NCBI GenBank assembly: GCA_036170915.1
Contig: JAVHQC010000006.1
Coordinates: 96,001-160,000 of the forward strand
Source: Cyanobacteria bacterium auto_48_18
GTDB lineage: Bacteria > Cyanobacteriota > Vampirovibrionia > Obscuribacterales > Obscuribacteraceae
DNA length: 64,000 bases
Direction: 5' to 3'
Part shown: positions 18,746 through 27,926 of the stretch, in pieces
Numbering within the stretch: position 1 is the stretch's first letter
How the letters are laid out: every line of letters begins with the position of its first letter
The notes under the pieces: generated by a model
Database searches by the model: none
Seen by the model: only the letters and a program-made list of their open reading frames with translations
Told to the model about the DNA's origin: nothing
Translations under genes and position numbers: made by a program

Positions 18746-21352
18746 TTGATAAGCTTGAGAAGTAAATCACTGCTGCCGGCGTCTGTGAGCCTGCTTTTGT
18801 GGCTTGCCGGTGCCAATGCGTGGGCTTCTCATGATAGTTTTCTCTTTGGTGAACAAGAGAAAATTACTACCTGGGACGGTGCCCTTAAAGCTTCCGACCT
18901 GGGCATCGTTAGCTTGATTAACAGCGGTTGGCAAGCCAATTTAAACCAAGTGTTAGTTGATCAATATCTCGCACGCACTGTACTCAATCAACTTGCTCCC
19001 GACTCAAAATCTCTCAAACAAATTGATAAAGTCAGCAGAGCTGCCGAGGTTCAGTTGCTGACAAAGTTTTCTAATCTTCGTTTGGCCCGGGCCGAAAAGA
19101 TATTGCAATTACATACACTGGCGAGAGCCCAGCAGTTTGACCAGGCTCGCAATCAGCTTATCGCTCTGATTGTTTTTCAGCAGTCATCGACAACGAAAGA
19201 GCCAGGAAAAAAAGAGCCTGACAAAAAAACGCCTGGCAAAGAACAGTCTGGCAAAAAACAGTCTGGCAAGAAACAGCCTGACAAAAAGCAGAACACTGCC
19301 AAGGCAAAGCTTTCTTTCGCTGCCGCCTATCAACTAGCAATGAAATTGGCTAATGATTTAAAAAACAGTGAACCCGAAAACAGCCGCTCTTTATTGACAG
19401 CATTAAACCTGCTTGCACAGTCAGGTGCTAAAGTGAAATCTATGAAGCCTTTCAATTTGGATATCGGCCAGAATGTTGATGCGGAGGCAGAAAGTCTCTA
19501 TTCAGACGGTGTGGCACTGTTTAAGGCGGGGCAATTTGAGAAGGCCGAAGCAAAGTTGCGCCAGGCTCTGACTGCTTATGAGCAGGCTAGTGGTGAAAAG
19601 AGACTGTTGCAAGAGCGCGAAACCCGACTGGCCCTGGCTCAGAGCTTAAGCGGCCTTGACCGTCGTGAAGAGGCTCTGCAACATTTTAGTGCCGTCATTG
19701 AAAATCTAAAACAGTCGCCACTTTCTGCCAGGCCGCAGACCGATGAAACTGTGGAGCAATTCATACGCTTGGCCGAAATTGGTCTGGTTGACTTACCTTT
19801 GCCGCCTGCAAAAAATTACATAATTACACAAGAGCAAAAAGACAAAGTCGTGCATAGCTTGCACGCTCTAGTTTCAGCTGCATATCTGTGCAAAATAGAC
19901 GGCAAGCTTAGCGAGGCTGCCCATCTTTTTCGTAAGGCCAATTTAGTCAGTCAATATTATTTTCCCGAACTAGAAGATTTGCGCTCTAGTGTTTCTTATG
20001 ATTTGGGTGAAACTTTATTTTGGGCTGGCTCCTGCGATGAAGCTGAGCACTATATGACCGAAGCGCTCAATTTGAGGGAAAAGAAAGGCAAAACCGATAA
20101 TGCTGCAGTTGATACACGAAGCACCCTTGGTCGTATTTTGATTGCAGCAGAGCGTGGAGAATTTGCCAGACGCTTTTACCTAGAGACCATGCAGCTTTTG
20201 GCCGCACGAGAGTTTGGCGCACCTGTTGATAATTTTCGAGCGCTTTCGTTTGAGCAATTGACTGAACAACTTTCGCAGCATTATTTTAAAACTGCTCAAA
20301 GGGCTTCAGATACGGCCAGTGAAAGTTTTAAGCGGCAATTCAGCGATGCACTTCAAGGTTACGCCGATGCCTCAATTGCTTGTAAGCGTTACGACCAGGC
20401 CACCATCAGTGATGCTGTTTTGCTTTCTATGCGGGAAGCCAAAGGCGATGAAAAAGACCAGGTTTTAGCCACTTTATGGCAAATGGCCTGGGTGGCTCAG
20501 ATGGCCAATCAATTTGAAGAGTCGGCTAGACTTTATACGCGTATGATAGAAGAGTTTCCCCAGACAAAAATCAGGCAGGTGGCTGACTGGTATCAGTCTC
20601 GCGCCATTGCTCTCGATCTTCTCGGGCGCTATAAAGAAGCCACCAGTGATTTTAAAAAGGCACGCGATGGTTTTAAGATATGTCTTAAAGACGAGCAAGA
20701 TCTTGATGAAATCGACCGTCTCACTTGGACCATCGGTGACATTGAATATAACTTGTTAAGCCGCCATAAAAGCCCACCTTCAGATAGTGATTATCTTAAA
20801 GCCGAACCAACCTGTTTTTGGCAAGCAAAGCGCTTTCCACTAAAAGTATTTGTCGAGAGCAGCACCACCAATGGTTTCGGCGGCGATCTGAAAAAATTGA
20901 TGCTTAAGGCCATGGCGCAATGGACTGATTTTGAAAACTCACCAGTCAAGCTTGCTTTCGTCGACAGCGCTAAAGAGGCTGATGTATATATCGAAAGAGT
21001 GACTTCATATGACGATATTCCTTACAGTTCTGCCGGTCGCACCAGCGTAATTTACGTTAACGGTGATGCTGGTTCAAGAGCACTGGATAAGGCCCATGTG
21101 CGCGTCTACTGCCCATCATACGATGGGGAGTCTTCGGTGCAAAATGGCATTGACAAGATCATCAATCAAGAAATGAGTTCATTTGCAAAAACTCATCTTT
21201 ATACACTTTTTATGCACGAATTTGGTCACGTAATTGGAGTTGGGCACTCTCCCGCCGGGCAAGATGTAATGTACTGGAAGTCATGTTCGTCAGAGCTTTC
21301 TAGCCGTGACCGAGAAAGTATTCGCAAGCTTTATCGTCATAACCAAAAATAA
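18746..21352 (+). CDS. Secreted TPR protein with C-terminal matrixin (M10) metalloprotease domain
   Basis: Signal peptide; TPR-like helices; FPLKVFV, HEFGHVIGVGHS, DVMY Met-turn, LSSRD. Confidence 0.88.
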   Translation: MISLRSKSLLPASVSLLLWLAGANAWASHDSFLFGEQEKITTWDGALKASDLGIVSLINSGWQANLNQVLVDQYLARTVLNQLAPDSKSLKQIDKVSRAAEVQLLTKFSNLRLARAEKILQLHTLARAQQFDQARNQLIALIVFQQSSTTKEPGKKEPDKKTPGKEQSGKKQSGKKQPDKKQNTAKAKLSFAAAYQLAMKLANDLKNSEPENSRSLLTALNLLAQSGAKVKSMKPFNLDIGQNVDAEAESLYSDGVALFKAGQFEKAEAKLRQALTAYEQASGEKRLLQERETRLALAQSLSGLDRREEALQHFSAVIENLKQSPLSARPQTDETVEQFIRLAEIGLVDLPLPPAKNYIITQEQKDKVVHSLHALVSAAYLCKIDGKLSEAAHLFRKANLVSQYYFPELEDLRSSVSYDLGETLFWAGSCDEAEHYMTEALNLREKKGKTDNAAVDTRSTLGRILIAAERGEFARRFYLETMQLLAAREFGAPVDNFRALSFEQLTEQLSQHYFKTAQRASDTASESFKRQFSDALQGYADASIACKRYDQATISDAVLLSMREAKGDEKDQVLATLWQMAWVAQMANQFEESARLYTRMIEEFPQTKIRQVADWYQSRAIALDLLGRYKEATSDFKKARDGFKICLKDEQDLDEIDRLTWTIGDIEYNLLSRHKSPPSDSDYLKAEPTCFWQAKRFPLKVFVESSTTNGFGGDLKKLMLKAMAQWTDFENSPVKLAFVDSAKEADVYIERVTSYDDIPYSSAGRTSVIYVNGDAGSRALDKAHVRVYCPSYDGESSVQNGIDKIINQEMSSFAKTHLYTLFMHEFGHVIGVGHSPAGQDVMYWKSCSSELSSRDRESIRKLYRHNQK
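19196..19291 (+). repeat. Imperfect 15-nt coding tandem repeat (K-x-P/S-G/D-K)
   Basis: KEPGK KEPDK KTPGK EQSGK KQSGK KQPDK KQ. Confidence 0.75.
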
Positions 21353-21459
21353 AGTTAGGCACTGGTGGTGCCAAATTTGAACACAAGGATTGTAAAGGGT
21401 TAATCTTGCTCAAACGGCAAGCGGCTAAAATGTTGCTTGCCCCTACTTTGAGAATAGAT

Positions 21460-22158
21460 ATGCATTCTGCCAAAACTGATCCTGGCATCCATCCAAGCCC
21501 TGTAGACCGCAACAAGTCGATTATCTGGGCCCGGTATCTAATTGATTCCACCGATTGGTTGATGCTTGCAATCAATGTCAGTCGCGCTGAACCTTCAGAT
21601 CTGCGCAATAGCGTTCTGTCGTCGTCTATACGACTTTTGACACTATCAGTGGTGACTCCAGGTGGCAAGGTTTTGTTTGAAACTATGCTCAAGCCACAGC
21701 AAGTTATACCCAACGAGCTGATTAGTGATCATGGTATTGATCAAGCCGTGGTCTTTAATGCACTGCCTTTCAGTGAGATTGTTATTCACTTGAACAAATT
21801 GTTCGAAGGCAGAAAAGTATTGGCCTGGGATCTCAATGCATTGCAAGAATTGCTAGATGAAGTATCTACGGTTTATGCTCAACCGCAGTTGCCTTTAATC
21901 GGCTTTAGTCTGCGCCCTGAATATGCTCGATTTGTCGGGCAGATGGATACACAAGCCCATTATTCGCCACAAGAATTAAAGGTCGAAGGCAAAGGTGCTA
22001 CCGCCCAGTGTCGTGCTCTGCTATCTACACTTTACGAAATGGCCAGTTCTTCGCAATCTAGCAACAATGCTGTTGCCGGCAACCAAGGTTGGACTGGCGA
22101 ATTTTACCGGCCTAAAGTTTCGGCAACTGAAAAAATCAAAGACTTTCTAGGTCTTTAG
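21460..22158 (+). CDS. DEDDh 3'-5' exonuclease-like fold, catalytic motifs degenerate
   Basis: GKVLFETMLKP...IP...HGI...NALPFSEI...LFEGRKVLAW matches the DnaQ-like scaffold; no DxETTG. Confidence 0.65.
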   Translation: MHSAKTDPGIHPSPVDRNKSIIWARYLIDSTDWLMLAINVSRAEPSDLRNSVLSSSIRLLTLSVVTPGGKVLFETMLKPQQVIPNELISDHGIDQAVVFNALPFSEIVIHLNKLFEGRKVLAWDLNALQELLDEVSTVYAQPQLPLIGFSLRPEYARFVGQMDTQAHYSPQELKVEGKGATAQCRALLSTLYEMASSSQSSNNAVAGNQGWTGEFYRPKVSATEKIKDFLGL

Positions 22159-23194
22159 TAATCAATTGCAAGGCCGGATCGGATAAAAACCGCACGGGCA
22201 TAATTGGATCTAATAGAGTGGTGCCGGCACCAAATAGGCCGGTACCATAGTGATTGATTGGCACTCCCAGTCGCCTGTATAGCTCGACGGCAGCGCCAAT
22301 GCAGGTCCACCTATCGCTGGCTATGCGGCCCATAAAGGTACCGAACCAGTCGTAGCCGCTGGCATGAAAAAATTTTTGCAGCCCATTTTTAATAGATTGT
22401 GGCAAAGGCAGATAATCAATTCTTTTTGCTAATCGAATATTCTCTTCAATGGCCCATTTTTTATTGGTCTGAACCATTTCTAAAGCTGCGTCGGCGGCCT
22501 TCTTTTTTTGCTCCGCTGTCCACGGTGTCTTTAAATGCAGGCCTACATAGTGACCTTTGTAGCCCGCACCTGTGAGATCATCAATGTCGTGCAAAATGCA
22601 GCCTTTCGCCATATATGAGCTGAAAAGCATTTTTTTACCGTCCGCCATTTCAATTACTGTTTCGGCATGACCAACACTTTCATGCAAAGTTTTGGCGATA
22701 TTTCCGCTGGTGAGAAGCAAATCGCCTGATTGCAGTACCGCAGCCGGCGGATTAATTAGCGTATTCAAAGGCACGGGCCCATACCCCTGTTTCTTGAACC
22801 GTGCTTTGTTTCTTCTGTAAAGAACGAAAATATAGATCCATAGGGCCAGCTCTGCCAGGGCAAATACATGCACCACTGGATGAATGGCCCTGGCCAAAAG
22901 AGCGACTGAACTCATGAGGATACCGAGCACCACTGGTAGTTGCAGCTCAATGCGCGAGAGCACATCAAAATAAGTCTGTAATAAATGGTCTACTTTTATA
23001 CGAGTTAAAATCAACCAGGCGCCGCTTACCGCTACGCAACCGCCCGATAGCTGCACGTCTAACTGGCCGCTGAAAAATTTCCATGTCAGCCAGATTAAGG
23101 CCAAGTAGCTGATGGTATTGAGGCCTTTTACCAGGCTAAAGTAAGCAGGTGTGCGTTGTACTTCAACGCTGGCGGCTGGTGGACAATAAGACAT
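22136..23194 (-). CDS. Membrane protein with permuted papain-like (NlpC/P60, YiiX/LRAT-like) domain
   Basis: About 4 N-terminal TM segments; LQSGDLLL, GHAETV, YDW, TCIGAAVELYRRLGV (His before Cys). Confidence 0.7.
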   Translation of the reverse strand: MSYCPPAASVEVQRTPAYFSLVKGLNTISYLALIWLTWKFFSGQLDVQLSGGCVAVSGAWLILTRIKVDHLLQTYFDVLSRIELQLPVVLGILMSSVALLARAIHPVVHVFALAELALWIYIFVLYRRNKARFKKQGYGPVPLNTLINPPAAVLQSGDLLLTSGNIAKTLHESVGHAETVIEMADGKKMLFSSYMAKGCILHDIDDLTGAGYKGHYVGLHLKTPWTAEQKKKAADAALEMVQTNKKWAIEENIRLAKRIDYLPLPQSIKNGLQKFFHASGYDWFGTFMGRIASDRWTCIGAAVELYRRLGVPINHYGTGLFGAGTTLLDPIMPVRFLSDPALQLITKDLESL

Positions 23195-23354
23195 CGCCCT
23201 AATTTACAGGGCCGTAGAGTTTTTGGCCAGCTTTGCGTGTTCCAGCTTTAACTTCTCAGCTTTACCTTTTAGGGATGAGATGAGAATTCTTCCTAACTTC
23301 TCCATAAGCAGTGTCAGGTTGGTAGAATGCTCAATTTAGGCCCTGCTCTCTCAT

Positions 23355-26015
23355 ATGCGTGATTTTCAAATCAAAAGCAAAACTGCCGCTCTGGCCCTCA
23401 CCGTTCTTTTGAGCGCGTCTGCAGGCAGCTTTGTATTCGGGCAAGAGTCTGTCTGGCAGGCTCTCTTTGCTTCTGGCGCTAATGCCGCGCAGGCTCGTAA
23501 CTGGCCCGAAGCCGAGAAGCACTTAACTGCCGCGTGGAATTCTGCCAACGAATTTGAAAACAGCGATCCACGAAAGGCAAAGACCTTGAGGGCGCTAGCT
23601 GGAGTCTACTCAGCATCAGGCAACTATGTTGCTGCCGAAAGTCATTATCAACAGTTGCTCAAATTAGATGATGGCGCCACCGACGCCGTGCGATTTGTCG
23701 ATTTGCGCGCCCTCAATCATGTGCTCGTGGCCGCAGGCAAATTTGCCGACGCTGAAAAAATCCTTCAACAACAACAAGAGATTGCCGAAAAGCTCAATGA
23801 AAGCAATGCCAGGGCCTCTGTCTGTACCGATCTTGCCATGCTCTATCAGCGCACCGGGTCCATTGGCAAAGTCGAAACCCTGTTGTTACAAGCCATAAAA
23901 CTGAAAGAGCAAGATCACAGCAAGAGCGATGCTGCTGTTCTAATTGCTCAAGAACGTCTGGCTGACTTTTATTTGAGCCAGGGCCGCCTCTCAGAAGCAG
24001 AGACCCTTTATACACTGGCAACGACTCAGCGTCAGATTATTAACGCTAAAGACTTATCTCTTTCAAAAAATCTAGCTAGCCTGGCAGTTTTATATCAGAA
24101 GCAAGGCAAGGATGCTAAGGCCGACAGTACCTCTAAACAAGCCATTGCTGAGGTTGAAAAACAATTTGGACAATCGCAAGAATTGGCTGCCGCTCTTGTT
24201 GTTCGCGGCCGGCTGCTCAGTGAAAATCGCCCTGACCTGGCAATTATTGTTTTGCAAAAAGCACTGCAAATTCGCCTCAAAGAAGCAACTTCCGACGATC
24301 AGCAATTGAGCGCAACACTGCTGGCGCTGGGCAATGCTTATCTTGAGTGTGACAATTATAGAGCGACAGAAAAAAGTGTAAAACAAGCCCTGGCTATTGA
24401 TGAAAGGGCCGCGGGAAGAAAGTCACCGGCAGTGGTGCTCGACTTAACTACCCTGGGGCAGTTGTATCTGCGCCAGGGTAAATATTCACTTTCAGAACAA
24501 GTCTATAAAGAAGCGTTGGAAATCTCCAGGGCCATCCACGGCGATGAGCATCCTGAAGTCGCCACCTGCATGAACAATCTCGCTTTCCTTTACGGCAACA
24601 TGGGCCACCTTGATCAAGCGCAGGCCTTACTGACTCAGGCACTGGCTGTGCGAGAGAAAGTTTATGGTAAATCGCACATTCAAGTAGCGCAAAATCTGGT
24701 CAATCTTGCCGACATTCTGGTGCGGAATGATCAAAAATCTAAAGCGGTACCACTTCTGGTGCGTGCTCTAGCAATTGAAGAGCAATCGCTTGGCGCTGAC
24801 CATGACTATGTAGCGCTTATATTGCGCGAACTGATTGATATCATGAAAGATGATAATGCCCAGTTAGACGCGGCCGAACAATACGCCAGGAGCCTGTTGG
24901 CCCGTGATCAGCGCCTCACCAGTGACAGTAATTTGTTAGTCGCTCGTGATCTCGAAATTCTCGCTAAAGTGCTTATTTCTGCAAATAAAACTGCTGAAGC
25001 AAAACCGCTAATTGCCCAAGCGCGGTCAATTGAAAAAGCAGAGAAGGGTCTTTATTTTGAGCAGAATCAGCCGGCGGTTGTCGCTGCTCCTGCCGGAGCA
25101 AAACCTATTCAAGATAAATGGGCGCTGGTAGTAGGTATCAGTAGTTTCCAAGATTCGTCGTTGAATTTGCGATTTGCCGCTAAAGACGCCATCGACTTCA
25201 AAAATTTCCTCATTACTCGTGCCAATTTTCAGCCTGACCATGTCAAATTGATTACCGATCAAGACGCCACCCGGTCAAATATTGTGGCCCTACTTGGCGA
25301 CAAGTGGTTGAAACATGTCGTCAAGAAGGATGATATGGCTGTGATTTATATTTCCAGCCACGGTACTCAGGCCGCCAGCCAGGTTGGCGGAGCCAATTTT
25401 ATTGTGCCTTATGAAGGTAACGCCCAGAACATCGTCTTTTCTGGTATTCCCATGCAGTGGCTGGTGGCCGGTCTTAAAGATCTGGTGCATTCTGATCGTA
25501 TCTGTGTGTTTTTAGACGTTTGCCACGGTGGCGCGGCTGCCAACAGCGAAGTGCTCAAAGAAAAGTCTGCCTATTCAGAGCCTGCTGAAACTGCGCAATC
25601 ACCTGGAGAATCTGGTGGTAAGGGCATCTATCGCATTCGCAATATTACTGCCGAGACCTTAGTCTCGCCGCCGGGGCAAATTGTGGTTGCAGCCAGTCAA
25701 GCCGATCAGATATCCTGGGAGTCAAAGCGCTATTCTAATGGCGTGTTTACTCGGCGGCTGATAGAAGGTCTGACCTTAAACGGTGCCGACACTACTCTCA
25801 ACCAGGCTTTTAATTATTTAAAAGAGCAGGTTGAAGAGGAAGTATTGAGAGATCGCACTCAATTGCAAGCACCGGTGGTAGTACCAAAACTCGGTCTCGA
25901 TAATGAACCAAAATTAGGCACTAAACCGGCAAATCCACGTAGCCCTGCAGAAATTTTAGCTAAGCCCTCAGGCACTAAGGCATCCAGCTCATCGGTCACT
26001 GTTAAGAAGCAATAG
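23355..26015 (+). CDS. Secreted TPR (kinesin-light-chain-like) protein with C-terminal caspase (C14) domain, His-Cys dyad intact
   Basis: Signal-like N-terminus; TPRs such as HPEVATCMNNLA; KWALVVGIS, LRFAAKDA, ISSHG, FLDVCHGG, QISWE, NGVFT. Confidence 0.92.
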   Translation: MRDFQIKSKTAALALTVLLSASAGSFVFGQESVWQALFASGANAAQARNWPEAEKHLTAAWNSANEFENSDPRKAKTLRALAGVYSASGNYVAAESHYQQLLKLDDGATDAVRFVDLRALNHVLVAAGKFADAEKILQQQQEIAEKLNESNARASVCTDLAMLYQRTGSIGKVETLLLQAIKLKEQDHSKSDAAVLIAQERLADFYLSQGRLSEAETLYTLATTQRQIINAKDLSLSKNLASLAVLYQKQGKDAKADSTSKQAIAEVEKQFGQSQELAAALVVRGRLLSENRPDLAIIVLQKALQIRLKEATSDDQQLSATLLALGNAYLECDNYRATEKSVKQALAIDERAAGRKSPAVVLDLTTLGQLYLRQGKYSLSEQVYKEALEISRAIHGDEHPEVATCMNNLAFLYGNMGHLDQAQALLTQALAVREKVYGKSHIQVAQNLVNLADILVRNDQKSKAVPLLVRALAIEEQSLGADHDYVALILRELIDIMKDDNAQLDAAEQYARSLLARDQRLTSDSNLLVARDLEILAKVLISANKTAEAKPLIAQARSIEKAEKGLYFEQNQPAVVAAPAGAKPIQDKWALVVGISSFQDSSLNLRFAAKDAIDFKNFLITRANFQPDHVKLITDQDATRSNIVALLGDKWLKHVVKKDDMAVIYISSHGTQAASQVGGANFIVPYEGNAQNIVFSGIPMQWLVAGLKDLVHSDRICVFLDVCHGGAAANSEVLKEKSAYSEPAETAQSPGESGGKGIYRIRNITAETLVSPPGQIVVAASQADQISWESKRYSNGVFTRRLIEGLTLNGADTTLNQAFNYLKEQVEEEVLRDRTQLQAPVVVPKLGLDNEPKLGTKPANPRSPAEILAKPSGTKASSSSVTVKKQ

Positions 26016-26023
26016 GAGAAATT

Positions 26024-27058
26024 ATGAAACTGGTAAATAGCGTTGGCAACGGTGGCAGAAATATGTTTACTACTCGTCGAACAGTTGCCGCCGCCTTGCT
26101 TGTGGCGCTGCTGGCTGCCTCGCTTCCTGTTGCTCCGGCTCAAGCATTCTGGCCATTTTCAAAGAAACATTCTGCCGACAACAAACGTAAGAAAAGAAAT
26201 TTGCACGGCACACAAGTTGGCCTCGTGCCTGGTAATCCACCAGCAATTTACTGGCAGGCGAAAAAACCTAAGGCCGTAATTTTGGCACTGCACGAGCTTG
26301 GTCTTTATAGTGGCTGCTTCGACGACCTCGGCCAGCGTATGGCTGAAAAAGACATTTCTGTCTACGCCATTGACTTGCGCGGCTTTGGTGGATGGCGTGA
26401 AATGGACAAAAAAGAAAGCAAAATGGATTTGAAAAAGACATTAGCTGACGTCAAAGGTTCTTGTGAAGAAATACGCAAACTTCATCCGGACGTACCTGTT
26501 TTCATTCTCGGTGAGGCCATGGGTGGTGCTCTGGCACTGCAAGCCGCAAGCGAATATCCAACCTTAATTAACGGCATCATCTCAGCTGCCCCTGGTGGCG
26601 ATCACTTTAAGTCAGTGAACAATTTCATGAACGTTGGATTAGGCATGGCTGTAGGCTCTAAGCATGCGTTTGGTTTGGGCGAAAAACTGATGGATGTGGC
26701 CACACCAAAGCAAGAATTGAAAGCAGCACTTAGTGACGACGACATGGTGCGCATGGACGTTACTGCAGGCGAAATGGTGGCCTGCCAGTTCTTTATGTAC
26801 AAGACTAAAGCGATGGCAAAAGAAATTAAAAACATGCCTGTGCTGATTGTGCACGGCGACAAAGATGGCGAATCTAAGCTTGTTGGTTCAGAAAGCGTCT
26901 ATAAAAATCTGGCCACTAAAGACAAAAAGTTTGTGCGTTTGCCAGAAGGCGACCACTACACCTTTGAAGATGTAAAAGTGGCAGATGATGCTTTTGGCAC
27001 AGCTCTGGCGTTCATTGACGAACATACCAGCGGCAATGCACCGGCTAAAGCGGAATAG
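26024..27058 (+). CDS. Secreted lysophospholipase-like alpha/beta hydrolase lacking the catalytic Ser
   Basis: Signal peptide ending AQA; HELGL, DLRGFG, GEAMGG, HGDKD, GDH. Confidence 0.85.
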   Translation: MKLVNSVGNGGRNMFTTRRTVAAALLVALLAASLPVAPAQAFWPFSKKHSADNKRKKRNLHGTQVGLVPGNPPAIYWQAKKPKAVILALHELGLYSGCFDDLGQRMAEKDISVYAIDLRGFGGWREMDKKESKMDLKKTLADVKGSCEEIRKLHPDVPVFILGEAMGGALALQAASEYPTLINGIISAAPGGDHFKSVNNFMNVGLGMAVGSKHAFGLGEKLMDVATPKQELKAALSDDDMVRMDVTAGEMVACQFFMYKTKAMAKEIKNMPVLIVHGDKDGESKLVGSESVYKNLATKDKKFVRLPEGDHYTFEDVKVADDAFGTALAFIDEHTSGNAPAKAE

Positions 27059-27089
27059 CTAAAAGTCGTTTGTGTTCTAAAAGGTAAAA

Positions 27090-27164
27090 TGGTGCACGAG
27101 GAGAGATTCGAACTCTCGACCAAGCGCTTAAGAGGCGCGTGCTCTACCGCTGAGCTACTCATGC
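27090..27164 (-). tRNA. tRNA-Lys (CTT)
   Basis: GCATGAG/CTCGTGC acceptor plus ACCA; D-arm GCTC/GAGC; anticodon loop CT-CTT-AA; T-loop TTCGAAT. Confidence 0.95.
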
Positions 27165-27300
27165 AAAAAAAGGCCAACAATTGGCCTGCTCAATCATTAT
27201 AAACTGATTCAGTGGAGTCTGAGCCCTTAGACCTGCATCATTTAAGCAGGTGGTCCGTAAATTGTTGCATTGCTTTTACAAATATCAAATCGAAGAGCGC

Positions 27301-27320
27301 TTGCACTACATGTGGTGCAA
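27301..27320. promoter_or_regulatory. Near-perfect 20-bp palindrome, NrdR-box-like
   Basis: TTGCACTACATGTGGTGCAA in a long intergenic region. Confidence 0.4.
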
Positions 27321-27488
27321 TTTCCCTTAGATTTATCCCTTACAGCTGCCTAACTTTCAATGATTGAAAAGTGCTGCTCGAATTTATCAACACTTTGACA
27401 ACTCTTTGTTTGCAGAATTTTCCAGGAAAAAACTATTCAATCTGGTCAGTGTCTGGTCTAATAGTGTTGAATGTGCAACCATTGAACG

Positions 27489-27518
27489 AATCGAAGAAAT
27501 CGAAGAAATCGAAGAAAT
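27489..27518 (+). repeat. 9-bp tandem repeat (AATCGAAGA)x3
   Basis: Three exact copies just upstream of the AGGAG RBS of the 27534 ORF. Confidence 0.85.
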
Positions 27519-27533
27519 GAACAGGAGCAAACC

Positions 27534-27794
27534 GTGGACATCCATGAATTGGCGAGATTGCAACAACAGAGTGACAGCGATCACGTCATGGTTGAAGTTG
27601 AAGACACGATAAAAGCGGGCAAGCCACGCTGTTTTCTTTCTGCCGATCGCAATGCGCCCGACACTGTGACGTTGCATCGCTATCGCGATGGCGGCACGCT
27701 GCTTCGAATTTTAGATTTGAATACAGAACGCGGCCTCAAAAGGCTGACAGAGCTTAATGTTGTGTCCGCCCCAGGTGGCGATCGCTCCTTTTAG
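27534..27794 (+). CDS. Small hypothetical protein
   Basis: 86 aa; GTG start preceded by AGGAG. Confidence 0.6.
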   Translation: MDIHELARLQQQSDSDHVMVEVEDTIKAGKPRCFLSADRNAPDTVTLHRYRDGGTLLRILDLNTERGLKRLTELNVVSAPGGDRSF

Positions 27795-27889
27795 ACTTTC
27801 CCTTTATAAATCTCTCAGGTTGTCAGTACGTTCGTCGGTGGCGATACTGTGGGAACAACTTCAGGCATCTGCGGTCTACTTTGAAAATC

Positions 27890-27909
27890 ATCAGAATTAA
27901 ACTTCTGAT
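27890..27909. promoter_or_regulatory. Inverted repeat, candidate Rrf2 auto-operator
   Basis: ATCAGAA-N6-TTCTGAT, 17 nt before the Rrf2 ATG. Confidence 0.5.
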
Positions 27910-27926
27910 TGACCGGAGTGGACACC

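Noticed and set aside
27364..27677. ORFs 27364..27612 (+) and 27387..27677 (-)
   Set aside because: They overlap the better-supported 27534 ORF and lack an RBS or motifs; their repeats just reflect the 9-mer array.
27059..27900. Prophage or island integrated at tRNA-Lys
   Set aside because: No integrase and no duplicated tRNA 3' end found.
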